Shown one piece after another: positions 22,945-35,648 of a stretch of 64,000 nt of DNA. Positions within the stretch are counted from its first letter, which is position 1. Each line of letters opens with the position of its first letter. Where the stretch lies: contig NC_086109.1 of NCBI RefSeq assembly GCF_963921235.1, forward strand, positions 992,001 through 1,056,000, written 5' to 3'. The notes beneath the pieces were generated by a model. It saw only the letters and a list, made by a program, of their open reading frames with translations. It had not been told where the DNA came from and searched no databases. A program made the translations under genes and the position numbers. The stretch comes from Mobula hypostoma (lineage: Eukaryota).

Positions 22945-25200
22945 AGACCATAAGATATAGGAGCAGAATTAGGCCATTTGGCCCATCAAGTCTGCTCTGC
23001 CATTTCATCATGGCTGATCCAATTTTCCTCTCAGCCTCAATCTCCTGCCTTCTCCTTGTAACCCTTCATGCTCTGACCAATTTAGAATCTATCAATCTCT
23101 TTCTCAAATGTACATAAAGACATGGCCTCCACAGTTCCCTGTGGAAAAGAATTCCACAGATTCACCACCCTCTAGCTAAAGAAAATCCTCTTCATCCAAA
23201 AGGACATCCCTCTATTCTGAGGCCGTGTCCTCTGGTATTAAACTGTCCCACCATAGGAAACATTCTTTCTATCAAGGCCTTTCACCATTTGATAAGTTTC
23301 AATGGAGTCATCTCTCATTCTTCTGAATTCCAGTGAACACAGGCCCAGAGCCATCAAATACTCTTCATATGACAAGTCATTCAATCCTGGAATAATTTCT
23401 GTGAACCTTCTTTGAACCCTCTCCAGTTTCAGCATATCTTTTCTAAGACAAGGGACACAAAACTGCCCACAATACTCCAAGTGAGGCATCTCCAGTGCTT
23501 TGTATTTATTTATTGTCCGAGGTGTACTTTGAGACAACACTGCACCCACTCCCATGTCTGAGGCGTCCACCACCACAATGAAGGAAAGGTCCAGATTAGG
23601 TGCAACCAAAATGGCTGCTGTCATCAACCATTGTTTGAGCTCTGCAAAAGAAGCTTATGCTTCAGTAGTCCAAACAAAAGGGCCCGTAGATCTCTTAGTT
23701 GGTATCGTCAAGGGGGCCACCACTGAGCCGAAGTTCCTGATGAACTTTAGGTAAAAGTTGGAAAAACCCGGGAATCGATGAACTTGTTTCACATTGGGTT
23801 GTTGTGACCAATCCCTGACTACCTGTGTTGTAGTAAGGTCCATCTCCAGGTTGCCATTACCGATGATAATGTAGGTTTCTGCAAATAAAACAAAGTGAGG
23901 CATTTTATGTATAATGAAATCCGTAACACATTATATTGAAGACCATAAGATGTAAGAGCAGAATTAGGCCATTCGGCCCATTGAGTTTGCTCCATCATTC
24001 CATCATGGCTGATCCCGGATCCCACTCAAGCCCTTCTCACCATAACCTTTGATGCCCTGACCTTACAGGAAACTATCAATTTCTCTTTAAATATACCCAT
24101 GGACTTGGCCTCTACTTTAGTCTGTGGCAGAGCATTCAACAGATTCACTACTCTCTGGCTAAAAAAATTCCTCCTTACCTCTATTCTAAAGGGTTGCCCC
24201 TCAATTTTGAGGCTATGCCCTCTAGTTCTGGATACCCCCTCTCCACATCCACCTTATCTAGTCCTTTCACTTTGGTAGCTTTCAATGAGATCCCTCTGCA
24301 TTCTTCTAAATTCCAGTGAGTACAGGCCCAAAGCTGCCAAATGTTCCTCATATGTTAACCCTTCATTCCTGGAATCATCCTTGTGTACTTTCCAATAATC
24401 AGAATCAGAATCAGGTTTATTATCACTGGCATGTGTTGTGGAATTTGTTAACTTAGCTGCGGCAGTTCAATGCAATACATGATACAGAAGAAAAAAACTG
24501 AAATAATAATAGTAATTAATAAATAAGTAAATGAATTACAGTATACGTATATCGAATTGAATTGACTTTATTTTTTATATTGTTCACATACAAGAGTAAA
24601 AATCTTTATGTTACATCTCCGTCCAAATGTGCAATGTGCAATCATAGTAATTTATAATAATTTATAATAAAATGAACAGTCAATGTAATATAGAGTACAG
24701 TACACTCAAATCAGGGTGAGTTCATCAGTCTGATGGCCTGGTGGAAGAAGCTGTCCCGGAGCTTGTTCATCCTGGCTTTTATGTTGCAGTGCCTTTTCCT
24801 GGATGGTAGCAGCTGGAATAGATTGTGTTTGGGGTGACTCAGGTATATTGAATAGATTAAAAATCACAGAAATCCTTTCTGTGATACAGGACCCAAAACT
24901 GTTGACAATATTCCAAGTGTGGTCTGACTAGTGCTTCAGCATTATCTCCTTGTTTTTATGTCTTATCCCTATTGAAATAAATGCCATCATTGCATTTACC
25001 TCCTTTACCATAGACTCAACCTGTAAATTAATCTTCTGGGAGTCTTGCATGAAGATTCCTAAGTCCTTCTGCAGCTCTGATGTTTGAATTTTCTCCCATT
25101 TAGATAAGAGTCTGCACAATTGTTCCTTTTACCAAAATGCATTATCAAACATTTCCCAACACTCTATTCCATCTGGCACTTTTTTGCCCATTCTTCCAAA
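22945..25200 (-). mobile_element. Cluster of CR1 3' fragments with other LINE pieces between them
   Basis: Repeated PHLEYCGQF / GLCSLEFRRMR motifs and AAGACCATAAGA tails at ~22945 and ~23940. Confidence 0.7.
23520..23875 (-). mobile_element. Gypsy (Tf2/Sushi-like) pol fragment, RT-RNase H junction
   Basis: VRDWSQQPNVKQVHRFPGFSNFYLKFIRNFGSVVAPLT and FIVVVDASDMGVGAVLSQ. Confidence 0.85.
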
Positions 25201-25530
25201 ACAAGATTAGACATATATCGAATTGTATGGCCCTGGGGAAAATTTTGGAGCAGAGAGACCTAGGAGCGCAGGTAGACAGGTGGTGAAGAAGACATTTGGC
25301 GTGTTGACCTTTATCAGTCTGAACACTTGGTGAGGACTAACTTGGAGAAATGATTACAGATTTGGTCACCCGGTTAGAAGAAAAATGTTTCTAAACTGCA
25401 AAGAGTGCAGAAAAGATTTATCAGGATGTTGCCTGAACTTGTCATCCTGAGTTACAAGGAAAGGTTGCATAACTTAAGACTTTATTCCCTGGAATGTAGG
25501 AGATTGAGGGGTGACCTGATAGGGGTAAAT

Positions 25531-25981
25531 CTGTCTCTCTCTCTCTGGCTATCCATCCCACAGGATGATGATGGTTCCTTTCAGTCAGTTAGTGGGGTGG
25601 TACCCCACTCCTCAGAAAGGAACAGCGTGTACGTGAGTAGGGGGTTGCACAGGTTCAGACCCACCCTCTCGACATCCCCTTCCGGATCCAGTAGCATGGT
25701 GGGGTCCAAGATGGCTGGGGGAAGTTCTGTTGCAGTGAATGGCCAGACCAAGCTTCGATGCAAGGGATGCCCTTTCCACGCTTCATGGCACGTTTGCTAG
25801 ATGGCCGTTGACCCTACGAGTGGGTTCATCCGCCCTTTGACAGGTCTTGTTTTTCATCCTGCAGGGCATCTAGGCACCCTCCTCACCAGGCAAACCTGGT
25901 GGGGGAGCCAGTTTAGTCGCCCACCACCCGACCATACAACAGGTAATACTGGGTTACATGGTACCAGTAGCACTCAGACGA
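25531..25981 (-). mobile_element. Short non-autonomous RTE-like element (5' UTR joined to 3' end)
   Basis: ~20-bp imperfect TSD GTGACCTGA..AG(G/A)GGTAAAT (25511-25530, 25982-26002) inside a CR1; 3' end CCATCATCATCC..GGATAGCCA(GA)n; no ORF. Confidence 0.65.
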
Positions 25982-27525
25982 GTGACCTGACCAGAGGTAA
26001 ATAAGATTATGAGGAACATAGAAAGGGTGAAAGTACAACATTTTTTCCCAGGAAGGGGAAAACAAGAGGGCATAGATCAGTGATTTAAAAGGGACATCAC
26101 AGACAACTTCTTCATACAAAGGATTATATGATTGAAATGAGCTGTGAGAAATAATAGTTGAAGTGGGCATATTAGTAATGTTTAAGATGAGTACATAGAT
26201 AAGAGTGATTTAGAGAGCTATTGGCCAAACACAGGCAGATCGATCTAGCTCAGTCAAGCTAGCATGGACGAGTTGGGCCAAAGGACCTGTTTCCATGCTG
26301 TATGACCCTATGACTGTTTAACTATTATGCAGTTGTATCAAAGTGACCACCCCTTTCTTGGCTAAAGTGAAAGAGAAAATAAGACAATAAGACCATAACA
26401 TATGAGTAGAAGTTGGCCATTTGGCCCATCGAGTCTGCTCTGCCATTCAATCATGGGCTGATCCAATTCTTCCAGTCATCCCCACTCCCCTGCCTTCACC
26501 CCATACCCTTTGATGCCCTGGCTAATCAAGAACCTATTTATCTCTGCCTTAAATACACCCAATGACTTGGCCTCCACGGCCGCTCGTGGCAACAAATTCC
26601 AAATGAACAATCTGTTGGGGTGCTTGGAAGAAGTTGCACATTCTCTAGATGAAGGTAACTGGAAATTTAACGTACTTTGATTTCTGAAAGACATTTGATA
26701 CTGTACCTCACCAATATCACTGTGGAAATAGAATCTAACGTGATGGCACAGGGTGGCTGACAGGTGTGGAGTAGAATCTGATGTGATGGCACAGGGTGGC
26801 TGACAGGTGTGGAACACAGAGCAGTATGGCAGAGGAAAAAGGCCCTTCAGCCCTCAATGTCTGTGTGGAGTCGGATGCACATCAAACCAAATAGCTTACG
26901 CACCCATGTGATCCATATCCCTCCATTCTCTGCATGTTCATGTGGCTTTTTAAAAGCCACCTTTGTACCTACCTCTACCACCAACCCTGGCATCGCATTT
27001 CAGATTTTTGTGCAAAAAAAACTTGCCCTGCACATTTTTAACTTTGCCCCTCTTATCTTAAATATACCTCCTCTAGTATTTGTCATTTCTATCCTGAGAA
27101 ATTGGTTCTGACCATTGAAAGTTATAAACTCATATACCCTATGAGAGCCTCTGTATCTACTCTCCCTTCAGCTTCCTGCACTCCGGAGAAAACAAGCTAA
27201 GTGTGCCCAATATTTCCTTGTAGAACACCACCTCTAATCCAGGGAGCATCCTGGTGAACCTCTTCTGCACCCTTTCCAAAGCCTCTGCATTCTTCCTGTA
27301 ATGGGATGACGAGAACTGCACACAAAGTGTGGGCATAAATAGGTCAATGTCAAATTAAATTTATTATGAAAATACCTGTATACCACCTTAGACAACCTGG
27401 AGATTCATTTTCTTGCATGCATTTACAAGAAAATAAAGAAATACAATGGAATTTATGAAAAACTATACGTAAATAAAGGCTGACAAACAGTCAATATGCA
27501 AAAAAGACACTGTAAATAAAAGGTA

Positions 27526-29979
27526 CAGTCCCTATAAAAAGTATTCGGCTGCCTCGGAAATTTTCATGTTTTTTTGTTTTACAACACTGAATCACAATGG
27601 AAATAATTTGACTTTTTTAACACTGATCAACAGAAAAAGACTTGTGTCAAAGAGAAAACAGATCCCTACAAAGTGATCTGATTTAATTACAAATGTAAAA
27701 CACAAAATAATTGATTGCATAAGTATTCACCCCTTTCAAGTCAGTATTTAGTAGATGCACCTTTGGCAGTAATTACAGCCTTGAGTCTGTGTGGATAGGT
27801 CTCTTTCAGCTTTGTGCATCTGAACATTGCAATTTTTCCCCATTTTTCTTTGCATGGGGTCGTGAGTGAGCAGCCCTTTTCAAGTCCAGCCACAAATTCT
27901 CAATTGGATTGTGGTCTGGACTCTGACTTGGCCACTGCAACACATTAACTTTGTTGTTTCTACGCCATTCCTGTGTAGCTTTGGCTTTGTGCTTGGGTCC
28001 TTGTCTTGCTGGAAAACAAATCTTCTCCCAAATGGCAGTGCTCTTGTAGGCTGCATCAGGTTTTCCTCCAGGATTTCCCTGTATTTTGCTGCATTCATTT
28101 TACCCTCTACCTTCACAAGCCTTCCAGGGCCTGCTGCAGTGAAGCATCCCCACAGCATGATGCAGCCACCACCATGCTTCACGTTAGGGATGGTGTGTTT
28201 TTGATGATGAGTGGTGTTTGGTTTACACCAAACATAGTGTTTGGTCTGATGGCCAAAGGGCTCAATTTTGGTTTCATCAGACCATAGAATCTTCTTCCAG
28301 CTGACTTCAGAGTCTCCCGTATGCCTTCTGGTAAACTCTAGCCGAGATTTCATGTGAGTCTCTTTCAGCAGTGTGTTTCTCTTAGCCACTCTCCCATAAA
28401 GGTACAACTGGTGAAACATCCGGGCAACAGTTGTTGTATGCGCAGTCTCTCCCATCTCAGCCTCTGAAACTTGTAACTTCTCTACAGTTGTCATGGTTCT
28501 CTTGGTGGCCTCCCTCACTAGTCCCCTTCTTGCACGGTCACTCAGTTTTTGAGGACTGCCTGCTCTGGGCAGATATGAAGATGTGTCACATTCTTTCCAT
28601 TTCTTGATAATTGAATTAACTGTACTCCAAAGCATATTCAGTGAACATAGAACATAGAATAGTACAGCACAGTACAGGCCCTTCAGCCCACAATGTTGTG
28701 CCGACCCTCAAACCCTGCCTCCCATATAAGCCCCCACCTTAATTCCTCCATATACCTGTCTAGTAGTCTCTTAAATTTCATTAGTGTATCTGCCTCCACC
28801 ACTGTCTCAGGCAGTGTATTCCACTCTCTGAGTAAAAAACCTTCCTCTTGAACTTCCCACTCCTTACCTTAAAGCCATGTCCTCTTGTATTGAGCAGTGG
28901 TGCCCTGGGGAAGAGGCGCTGGCTATCTATTCCTCTTAATATCTTGTACACCTCTATCATGTCTCCTCTCATCCTCCTTCTCTCCAAAGAGTAGAGCCCT
29001 AGCTCTCTTAATCTCTGATCATAATGCATACTCTCTAAACCAGGCAGCATCCTGGTAAATCTCCTCTGTACCCTTTCCAATGCTTCCACATCCTTCCTAT
29101 AGTGAGGTGACCAGAACTGGACACAGTACTCCAAGTGTGGCCTAACCAGAGTTTTATAGAGCTGCATCATTACCTCGCGACTCTTAAACTCTATCCCTCG
29201 ACTTATGAAAGCTAACACCCCATAAGCTTTCTTAACTACCCTATCTACCTGTGAGGCAACTTTCAGGGATCTGTGGACATGTACCCCAGATCCCTCTGCT
29301 CCTCCACACTACCAAGTATCCTGCCATTTACTTTGTACTCTGCCTTGGAGTTTGTCCTTCCAAAGTGTACCAGCTCACACTTCTCGGGGTTGAATTCCAT
29401 CTGCCACTTCTCAGCCCACTTCTGCATCCTATCAATGTCTCTCTGCAATCTTTGACAATCCTCTACCCTCTCTACAACACCACCAACCTTTGTGTCGTCT
29501 GTAAACTTGGAAGTTTTCTTGTATCCATCTCCTGACATGTGCTTTTCAATAACTTTTTTTACGGAGTTGCTTGGAGTGTTCTTTTGACTTCATGGTGTGA
29601 TTTTTGCCAGGATATTGACTCACCAGTATTTGGACCTTCCAGATACAGGTGTATTTTTACTACAATCAATTGAAACATCTTAACTGCACACAGATCTCCA
29701 TTTAACTAATTATATGACTTCTAAAACCAATTGGCTGTGCCAGTGATAAGTTGGTGTGTCATATTAAAGGGGTGAATACTTGTGCAATCAATTATTTTGA
29801 GTTTTATATTTGTAATTAATTTAGATCACTTTGTAGAGAACTGTATTCACTTTGACATGAAAGTGTCTTTCTGTTGATCATCGTTAAAAAAGCCAAATTA
29901 AATCCACTGTGATTCAATGTTGTAAAACAATAAAACATGAAAACTTCCAAGGGGGAAGGAAGACTTTTTATAGGCATTG
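27526..29979 (-). mobile_element. Tc1/mariner DNA transposon (long-TIR type), inactive
   Basis: TA flanks at 27524-27525 and 29980-29981; ~215-bp TIRs (CAGTCCCTATAAAAAGT... / ...ACTTTTTATAGGCATTG); transposase ORF 27880-28635 with [26 protein letters not shown] and FQQDKDP. Confidence 0.95.
28646..29508 (-). mobile_element. Young CR1 3' fragment inserted into the Tc1 transposase N-terminus
   Basis: Nearly identical to 10555-11440; splits the transposase between GDGYKKTSK and the WSTVNSII segment. Confidence 0.9.
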
Positions 29980-31190
29980 TAAATAAATAATACTGAGTAC
30001 AGGAATTGCAGAGTCTGTGAAAGCGGCAGTGAGTCTACAGGCCGTCCTTTCCAGTCACTAAATCTGTTTCTGGTTTGCAAAATGCAGTATTGGTGCTCTG
30101 TAGGAGTTAATGCTGGGGTCCCAACATCTTAAGGTTGATAGAAAATATATGACAAGCTTGCCTTCAAGAGAGGGGCTTGAGTGCAAGAGCTGTGTTGTCA
30201 GGTACTGCTGTGTTTGTGAGACTACAGCTGGAGTACTGTGCGTTGTCCCATCCAGCCTACAATGGAAAGAATGTGATGAAGCTGGAGGGGTTCAGAAATC
30301 AAAAATCCTGTAAACTATAGTAAATCTTACTCCAGTAGTGGGAAGCTTTTGGAAGCAGTTCTTAGGAATAGGATTTGTGAGCATTTGAGAAATCATGATT
30401 TAATTAGGGACAGTCAGCATGGCTCTGTGGAGGGCAGGTCATGTCTTACTGAATTTTTGAGTAAGTGATGAAGTGGGTGGTGTCTTTAGACATTTCAGCA
30501 ATGCGTTTGACAAAGTTCTCAGCCCATATTCCAAGCCTTCCCCAGTAATGCTCCCCAGCTCTTCCTCCACTACATTGATGACTGCATTGGTGTCCCTTCA
30601 TGCTCCCGTGCTGAGCTCATCAATTTCATCAACTTTGCCTCTGACTTTCACTCTGTCCTTAAAATTCACTTGGTCCATTTCTGACATCTCCCTCCTCTTT
30701 CTCGATCTCTCTGTCTCCATCTCTAGAGACAAACTGTTGACTGACATTTTTTATCAACCTATTGGTTCCCATGGTTACCTTTACTTTTCCTCCCTCAACC
30801 CAGTCTCCTTTAAAAATGCTATTCCCTTTTCTCCATTCCTTTGTCTCCAACACATCTGATCTCAGGATGAGGCTTTCCTTTCCAGGACATCAGAAATGTC
30901 CTTCTCCTTCAAAGACCATAGTTTCCCTTCCTCCACCATTGAGGCTGCCCTCACCCTCATCTCCTTCATTTCCTGAACATCTCACCTTTCCACCACCGTA
31001 ACAGTGATAGAGTTACTCTTACACTTACCTACCACCCCAGGATCCTCCACTTCCAACACATTATTCTCTGTAACTTCCACCATCTCCAAAGGGATCCTAC
31101 TACCAAACACATGTTTACCTAACCCCTGCAACACACACAAAAAATGCTGGTGAACGCAGCAGGCCAGGCAGCATCTGTAGGAAGAGGTAC

Positions 31191-31226
31191 AGACGACGTT
31201 TCAGGCCGAGACTCTTCGTCAGGACG
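31191..31226 (-). ncRNA. Degenerate hammerhead motif (pLTR copy)
   Basis: CGTC-CTGACGA-AGAGTCTCGGCCT-GAAA-CGTC-GTCT; core boxes intact, stems I and II mismatched. Confidence 0.5.
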
Positions 31227-31630
31227 AACTGAAAGAAGAGCTAGTAAGAGATTTGGAAGTGGGAGAGAGAGGGGGAGATCCAAGATGACAGGAGAAGACA
31301 GGAGGGGGAGAGATAGAGCTAAGAGCTGGAAAGTTGATTGGCAAAAGGGATACGAGGCTGGAGAAGGGAGAGGATCATGGAACGGGAGACCTAGGGAGAA
31401 AGAAAGGCGGGGGGGGCAGAATCCAGAAGATGGGCAAGGAGTTATAGTGAGAGGGACAGAGGGAGAAAAAGTGTGTGGGGGGGAGAGAGAGAGAGAAAGA
31501 GAGGAGTAAATAAATAAATAAATAAATAATGGAAACACGAAGAATTCTGCAGATGCTGGAAATTCAAGCAACACACATCAAAGTTGCTGGTGAACGCAGC
31601 AGGCCAGGCAGCATCTCTAGGAAGAGGTAC

Positions 31631-31666
31631 AGACGATGTTTCAGGCCGAGACCCTTCGTCAGGACT
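31631..31666 (-). ncRNA. Degenerate hammerhead motif (pLTR copy)
   Basis: AGTC-CTGACGA-AGGGTCTCGGCCT-GAAA-CATC-GTCT; stem III palindrome and stem I mutated. Confidence 0.5.
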
Positions 31667-32047
31667 AACTGAAGGAAGAGCTAGTAAGATATTTGAAAGT
31701 GGGAGGGGGAGGGGGAGATCCAAAATCATAGGAGACGACAGGAGGGGGAGGGATGGAGCCAAGAGCTGGACAGGTGATTGGCAAAAGGGATATGAGAGGA
31801 TCTTGGGACAGGAGGCCCAGGGACAAGGAAAAGGGGGAGGGGGAGAAAAACCCAGAGGATGAGCAAGGGGTATAGTCAGAGGGACAGAGGGAGAAAAAGG
31901 AGAGTGAGAGAAAGAATGTGTGTATATAAATAACGGATGGGGTACGAGGGGGAGGTGGGGCATTAGCGGTTCCTGTCTTCTCCTATCTTTTTGGATCTCC
32001 CCCTCCTCCTCCCTCTTTCAAATCTCTTACTAGCTCTTCCTTCAGTT

Positions 32048-32083
32048 AGTCCTGATGAAGGGTCTCGGCCTGAAACGTTGATT
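32048..32083 (+). ncRNA. Minimal hammerhead motif (pLTR copy)
   Basis: AGTC-CTGATGA-AGGGTCTCGGCCT-GAAA-CGTT-GATT; GUU triplet; stem I has one G-U pair. Confidence 0.7.
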
Positions 32084-34017
32084 GTACCTCTTCTTAGAGA
32101 TGCTGCCTGGCCTGCTGCATTCACCAGCAACTTTGAAATAAATAATGGATGGGGTACAAAGGGGAGGTGGGGTATTAACAGAAATTTGAGAAGTCAATGT
32201 TCATGCCATCAGGTTGGAGGCTACCCAGATGGAATATAAGGTGTGGTTCCTCCAACCTGAGTATGGCTTCATCTTGACAGTAGAGGAGGCCATGGATAGA
32301 CATATCAGAAAGGGAATGGGACGTGGAATTAAAATGTGTGACCACTGGGAGATCCTGCTTTCTCTGGCGGACAGAACGTAGGTGTTCAGAGAAACGATCT
32401 CCTAGCCTGCATCGGGTCTCACCAATATATAGAAGGCCGCATCAGGAGCACCGGACGCAGTATATCACCCCAACCGACTCACAGGTTGGCTCCTCTCACT
32501 TCCTCCAAACTAAAGGTGTAGCCATGGGCACCCGCATGGGTCCCAGCTATGCCTGCCTTTTTGTTGGCTTTGTGGAACAATCCATGTTCCAAACCTATAC
32601 TGGTATCTGCCCCCCCACTTTTCCTTCGCTACATCGACTACTGTATTGGCGCTGCTTCCTGCACGCATGCTGAGCTCGTTGACTTCATTAACTTTGTCTC
32701 CAACTTTCACCCTGCCCTCAAGTTTACCTGGTCCATTTCCGACACCTCCCTCCCCTTTCTTGATCTTTCTGTCTCTGTCTCTGGAGACAGCTTATCCACT
32801 GATGTCTACTATAAGCCTACAGACTATCACAGCTACCTGGACTATTCCTCTTCCCACCCTGCCTCTTGAAAAAATGCCATGCCCTTCTCGCAATTCCTCC
32901 ATCTCTGCCGCATCTGTTCTCAGGATGAGGCTTTTCATTCCAGGACGAGGGAGACGTCCTTTTTTCGAGAAAGGGGCTTCCCTTCTTCCACTGTCAACTC
33001 TGCTCTCAAACGCATCTCTCCCATTTCACACAGATCTGCTCTCACCCCATCCTCCTGCCACCCTATTAGGAATAGGGTTCCCCTTGACCTCACCCACCAC
33101 CCCACCAGCCTCCGGGTCCAACATATAACTTCTCCGTAACTTCCACCACCTCCAACGGGATCCCCCCACTAAACACATTGTTCCTCCCCCCGTTTCTGCT
33201 TTCCGCAGGGATCGCTCCCTACGTGACTCCCTTGTCCATTTGTCCCCCCATCCCTACCCACCGATCTCCCTCCCGTCACTTATCCTTGGAAGCGGAACAA
33301 GTGCTACACATGCCCTTACACTTCCTTCCTCACCACCATTCAGGGCCCCAGACAGTCCTTCCAGGTGAGGCGACACTTCACCTGTGAGTCAGCCGGGGTG
33401 ATATATTGCGTCCGGTGCTCCTGATGCAACCTTCTATATATTGGCGAGACCTGACGCAGGCTAGGGGATCGTTTCGCTGAACACCTACGCAATGTCTGCC
33501 AGAGAAAGCAGAATCTCCCAATGGTCACACATTTTAATTCCACATCCCATTCCCATTCTGATATGTCTATCCACGGCCTCCTCTACTGTCAAGATGAAGC
33601 CACACTCAGGTTGGAGGAACAACACCTTATATTCCGTCTGGGTAGCCTCCAACCTGATGGCATGAACATTGACTTCTCTAACTTCCGCTAATGCCCCACC
33701 TCCCCCCGTACCCCACCCGTTATTTATTTATTTATTATCCTCTCCTTCACCCCCCCCTTTTTCCTCTCTTTTTTCTCCCTCTGTCCTTCTCACTATAACT
33801 CCTTGCCCATCCTCTGGGTTTTCCCCCCCCCATCCCCCTGTCTTTCTCCCTAGACCTCCTGTCCCATGATCCTCTCCCTTCTCCAGCCTTGTATCCCTTC
33901 TGCCAATCAACTGTCCAGCTCTTGGCTCCATCCCTCCCCCTCCTGTCTTCTCCTATCATTTTGGATGTCCCCCTCCCCGTCCCACTTTCAAATCTCTTAC
34001 TATCTCTTCTTTCAGTT

Positions 34018-34053
34018 AGTCCTGACGAAGGGTCTCAGCCCGAAACGTTGACT
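34018..34053 (+). ncRNA. Minimal hammerhead motif (pLTR copy)
   Basis: AGTC-CTGACGA-A-GGGTCTCAGCCC-GAAA-CGTT-GACT. Confidence 0.7.
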
Positions 34054-35204
34054 GTACCTCTTCCTAGAGATGCTGCCTGGCCTGCTGCGTTCACCAGCAT
34101 TTTTTGTGTGTGTTGCTTGAATTTCCAGCGTCTGCAGATTTCCTCATGTTTACATTTAGCTAACCCCTTATTCTTTCTGCAGAGATCACTCCCTCTCCTA
34201 ATCTCCCTCCCGGTACTTACCCCCACAAGCAACCAAAGCCACCTGCCCATTCACCTTTTCCCTCCCCTCCGTTCAGGGCCCCAAGCAGTCCTTCTGGGTG
34301 AGGCAACACTTTATCTGCAATCTGTTGGGATCGCCTATTGTGGCCGGTTCTCCTGATGCTGCATCCTATAGATTGGTGAGACCCATCATAAATTGGAGGA
34401 TCGCTTCATCGAGCACCTTTATTCCATCCATCAAAAGTGGAATTTCCCGGTGGCCAAGCACATTTTTCTGATTCCTGTTCCGAAATGTTGCTCAATGGCC
34501 TCCTCTTCTGACACAATGAGGCCATGCTCATGGGCAAGGAGCAACACCTTATATTTCGTCTGGATAGCCTCCAACCTGATGGCATGAATATTCACTTCTC
34601 CTTCCAGTAAAAAAAATGTTTCTCTCCCTTCCCCTTATTCTTCTATTCCCCACTCTAGCCTCTTAACCTCTTATCACCTCCCCCTGATGACCCTACTCCT
34701 TCCCTTTCTCCTGTGTTCCACTCTCCTCTCCTATCAGATTCCACCTTCTCCGGCCCTTTACCTTTCCTACTCCCCTGTCTTCACCTACCGCCTTCTAGCT
34801 GTCCTCCTTTCTCTCCCCCTAGCTTTTTATTTTGGTGTCTTCCCCCTTCCTTTCCAATCTTGAGGAAGGGTCTCAGCCCAAAACATCAACGGTTCATTCA
34901 TCAATGGTCTGACCTGCTGAGTTCCTCCAGCATTTTTTGTGTGTTGCTTTAAAGTTTCCTGATGGTAGACTCATCCTGAAGTTTAAGGTGCATGGGATCC
35001 ACAGTAACCTGGCCAGTTGCATTTGGAAGTGGCTTGCCTATAGAAGACAGGTGGTAGTAGTGGATGGGACTTTTTCTGGCTGGAAGTCTTAGAAAAGTGT
35101 TGTTCCTGAGTGATTTGTACTGGGACCTCTGCTGTTTGTGATATACAGAAATGACTTGGATAAAAACATGAATGGGTGGGTTAGTAACTTCATGGATGAT
35201 TCTG

Positions 35205-35648
35205 CCATGCTGGTGCCATATATGGAACTTCTCCATGGATTGTCACCTTGTCGCGGTGGAGAAGCTTGTGTGGTCCTGAGATCCCGAGAGCGATACCGTC
35301 TGGAGCTATGCTCCTGGTAGGGTCACCCATGGCGGTAAGGTCGAGGGTGAGGTCCCTGACAAAGAACAATCCAACCAAGACCTCAACAGTGGAACAGGCG
35401 GACGAAATTACTTCGAACTCAATGGCTGTGAAGGCGGATGAAGGCTGCAACAAATCCATCAACTCCAATCGTCGTGGTTTCCATGTCATTGGAATCAGTT
35501 GGTTGATTTGTGAAGTATCGTGTGCTTCTTGGAGTGCAGCATCAAGTACACATTAAACAAATACACGCACAGGCATCTTCACTCTGTGGGCCACTTCTTC
35601 AGAACGAAGACCATCATCCTCGACCTCGAGGGATAGCCACGACGATGT
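35205..35648 (+). mobile_element. Short non-autonomous RTE (BovB/Expander-like) element
   Basis: 5' UTR-like CACCTTGTCGCGGTGGAGAAGCTTGTG...GGTAGGGTCACCCATGGCGG; 3' end GACCATCATCCTCG..GGGATAGCCACGACGATG; no ORF; inserted in a CR1 fragment. Confidence 0.7.

Larger units (their letters stand above)
31128..34154 (+). mobile_element. Younger Penelope-like element with inverted and tandem pseudo-LTRs
   Basis: ~14-bp TSD TTTA(C/G)CTAACCCCT (31114-31127, 34155-34168). RT motifs QTKGVAMGTRMGPSYACLFVG and FLRYID. Plus-strand body ~32485-34154; inverted pLTR copies ~31128-31970; inverted GIY-YIG piece ~32136-32485. Confidence 0.88.
30520..34950 (+). mobile_element. Old Penelope-like element (RT C-terminus to GIY-YIG to pLTR), interrupted by a younger Penelope
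   Basis: LKFTWSISDISLLFLDLSVSI before the insertion; DRFIEHL and a degenerate pLTR (~34850-34950) after it. Confidence 0.75.

Noticed and set aside
26720..26815. Two tandem ~43-bp copies (GTGATGGCACAGGGTGGCTGACAGGTGTGGA)
   Set aside because: A local duplication within a decayed CR1 RT fragment with no further structure.
34855..34895. Additional hammerhead copy in the old Penelope pLTR
   Set aside because: The core has decayed to TTGAGGA...AAAA, so it is not counted among the hammerhead motifs.
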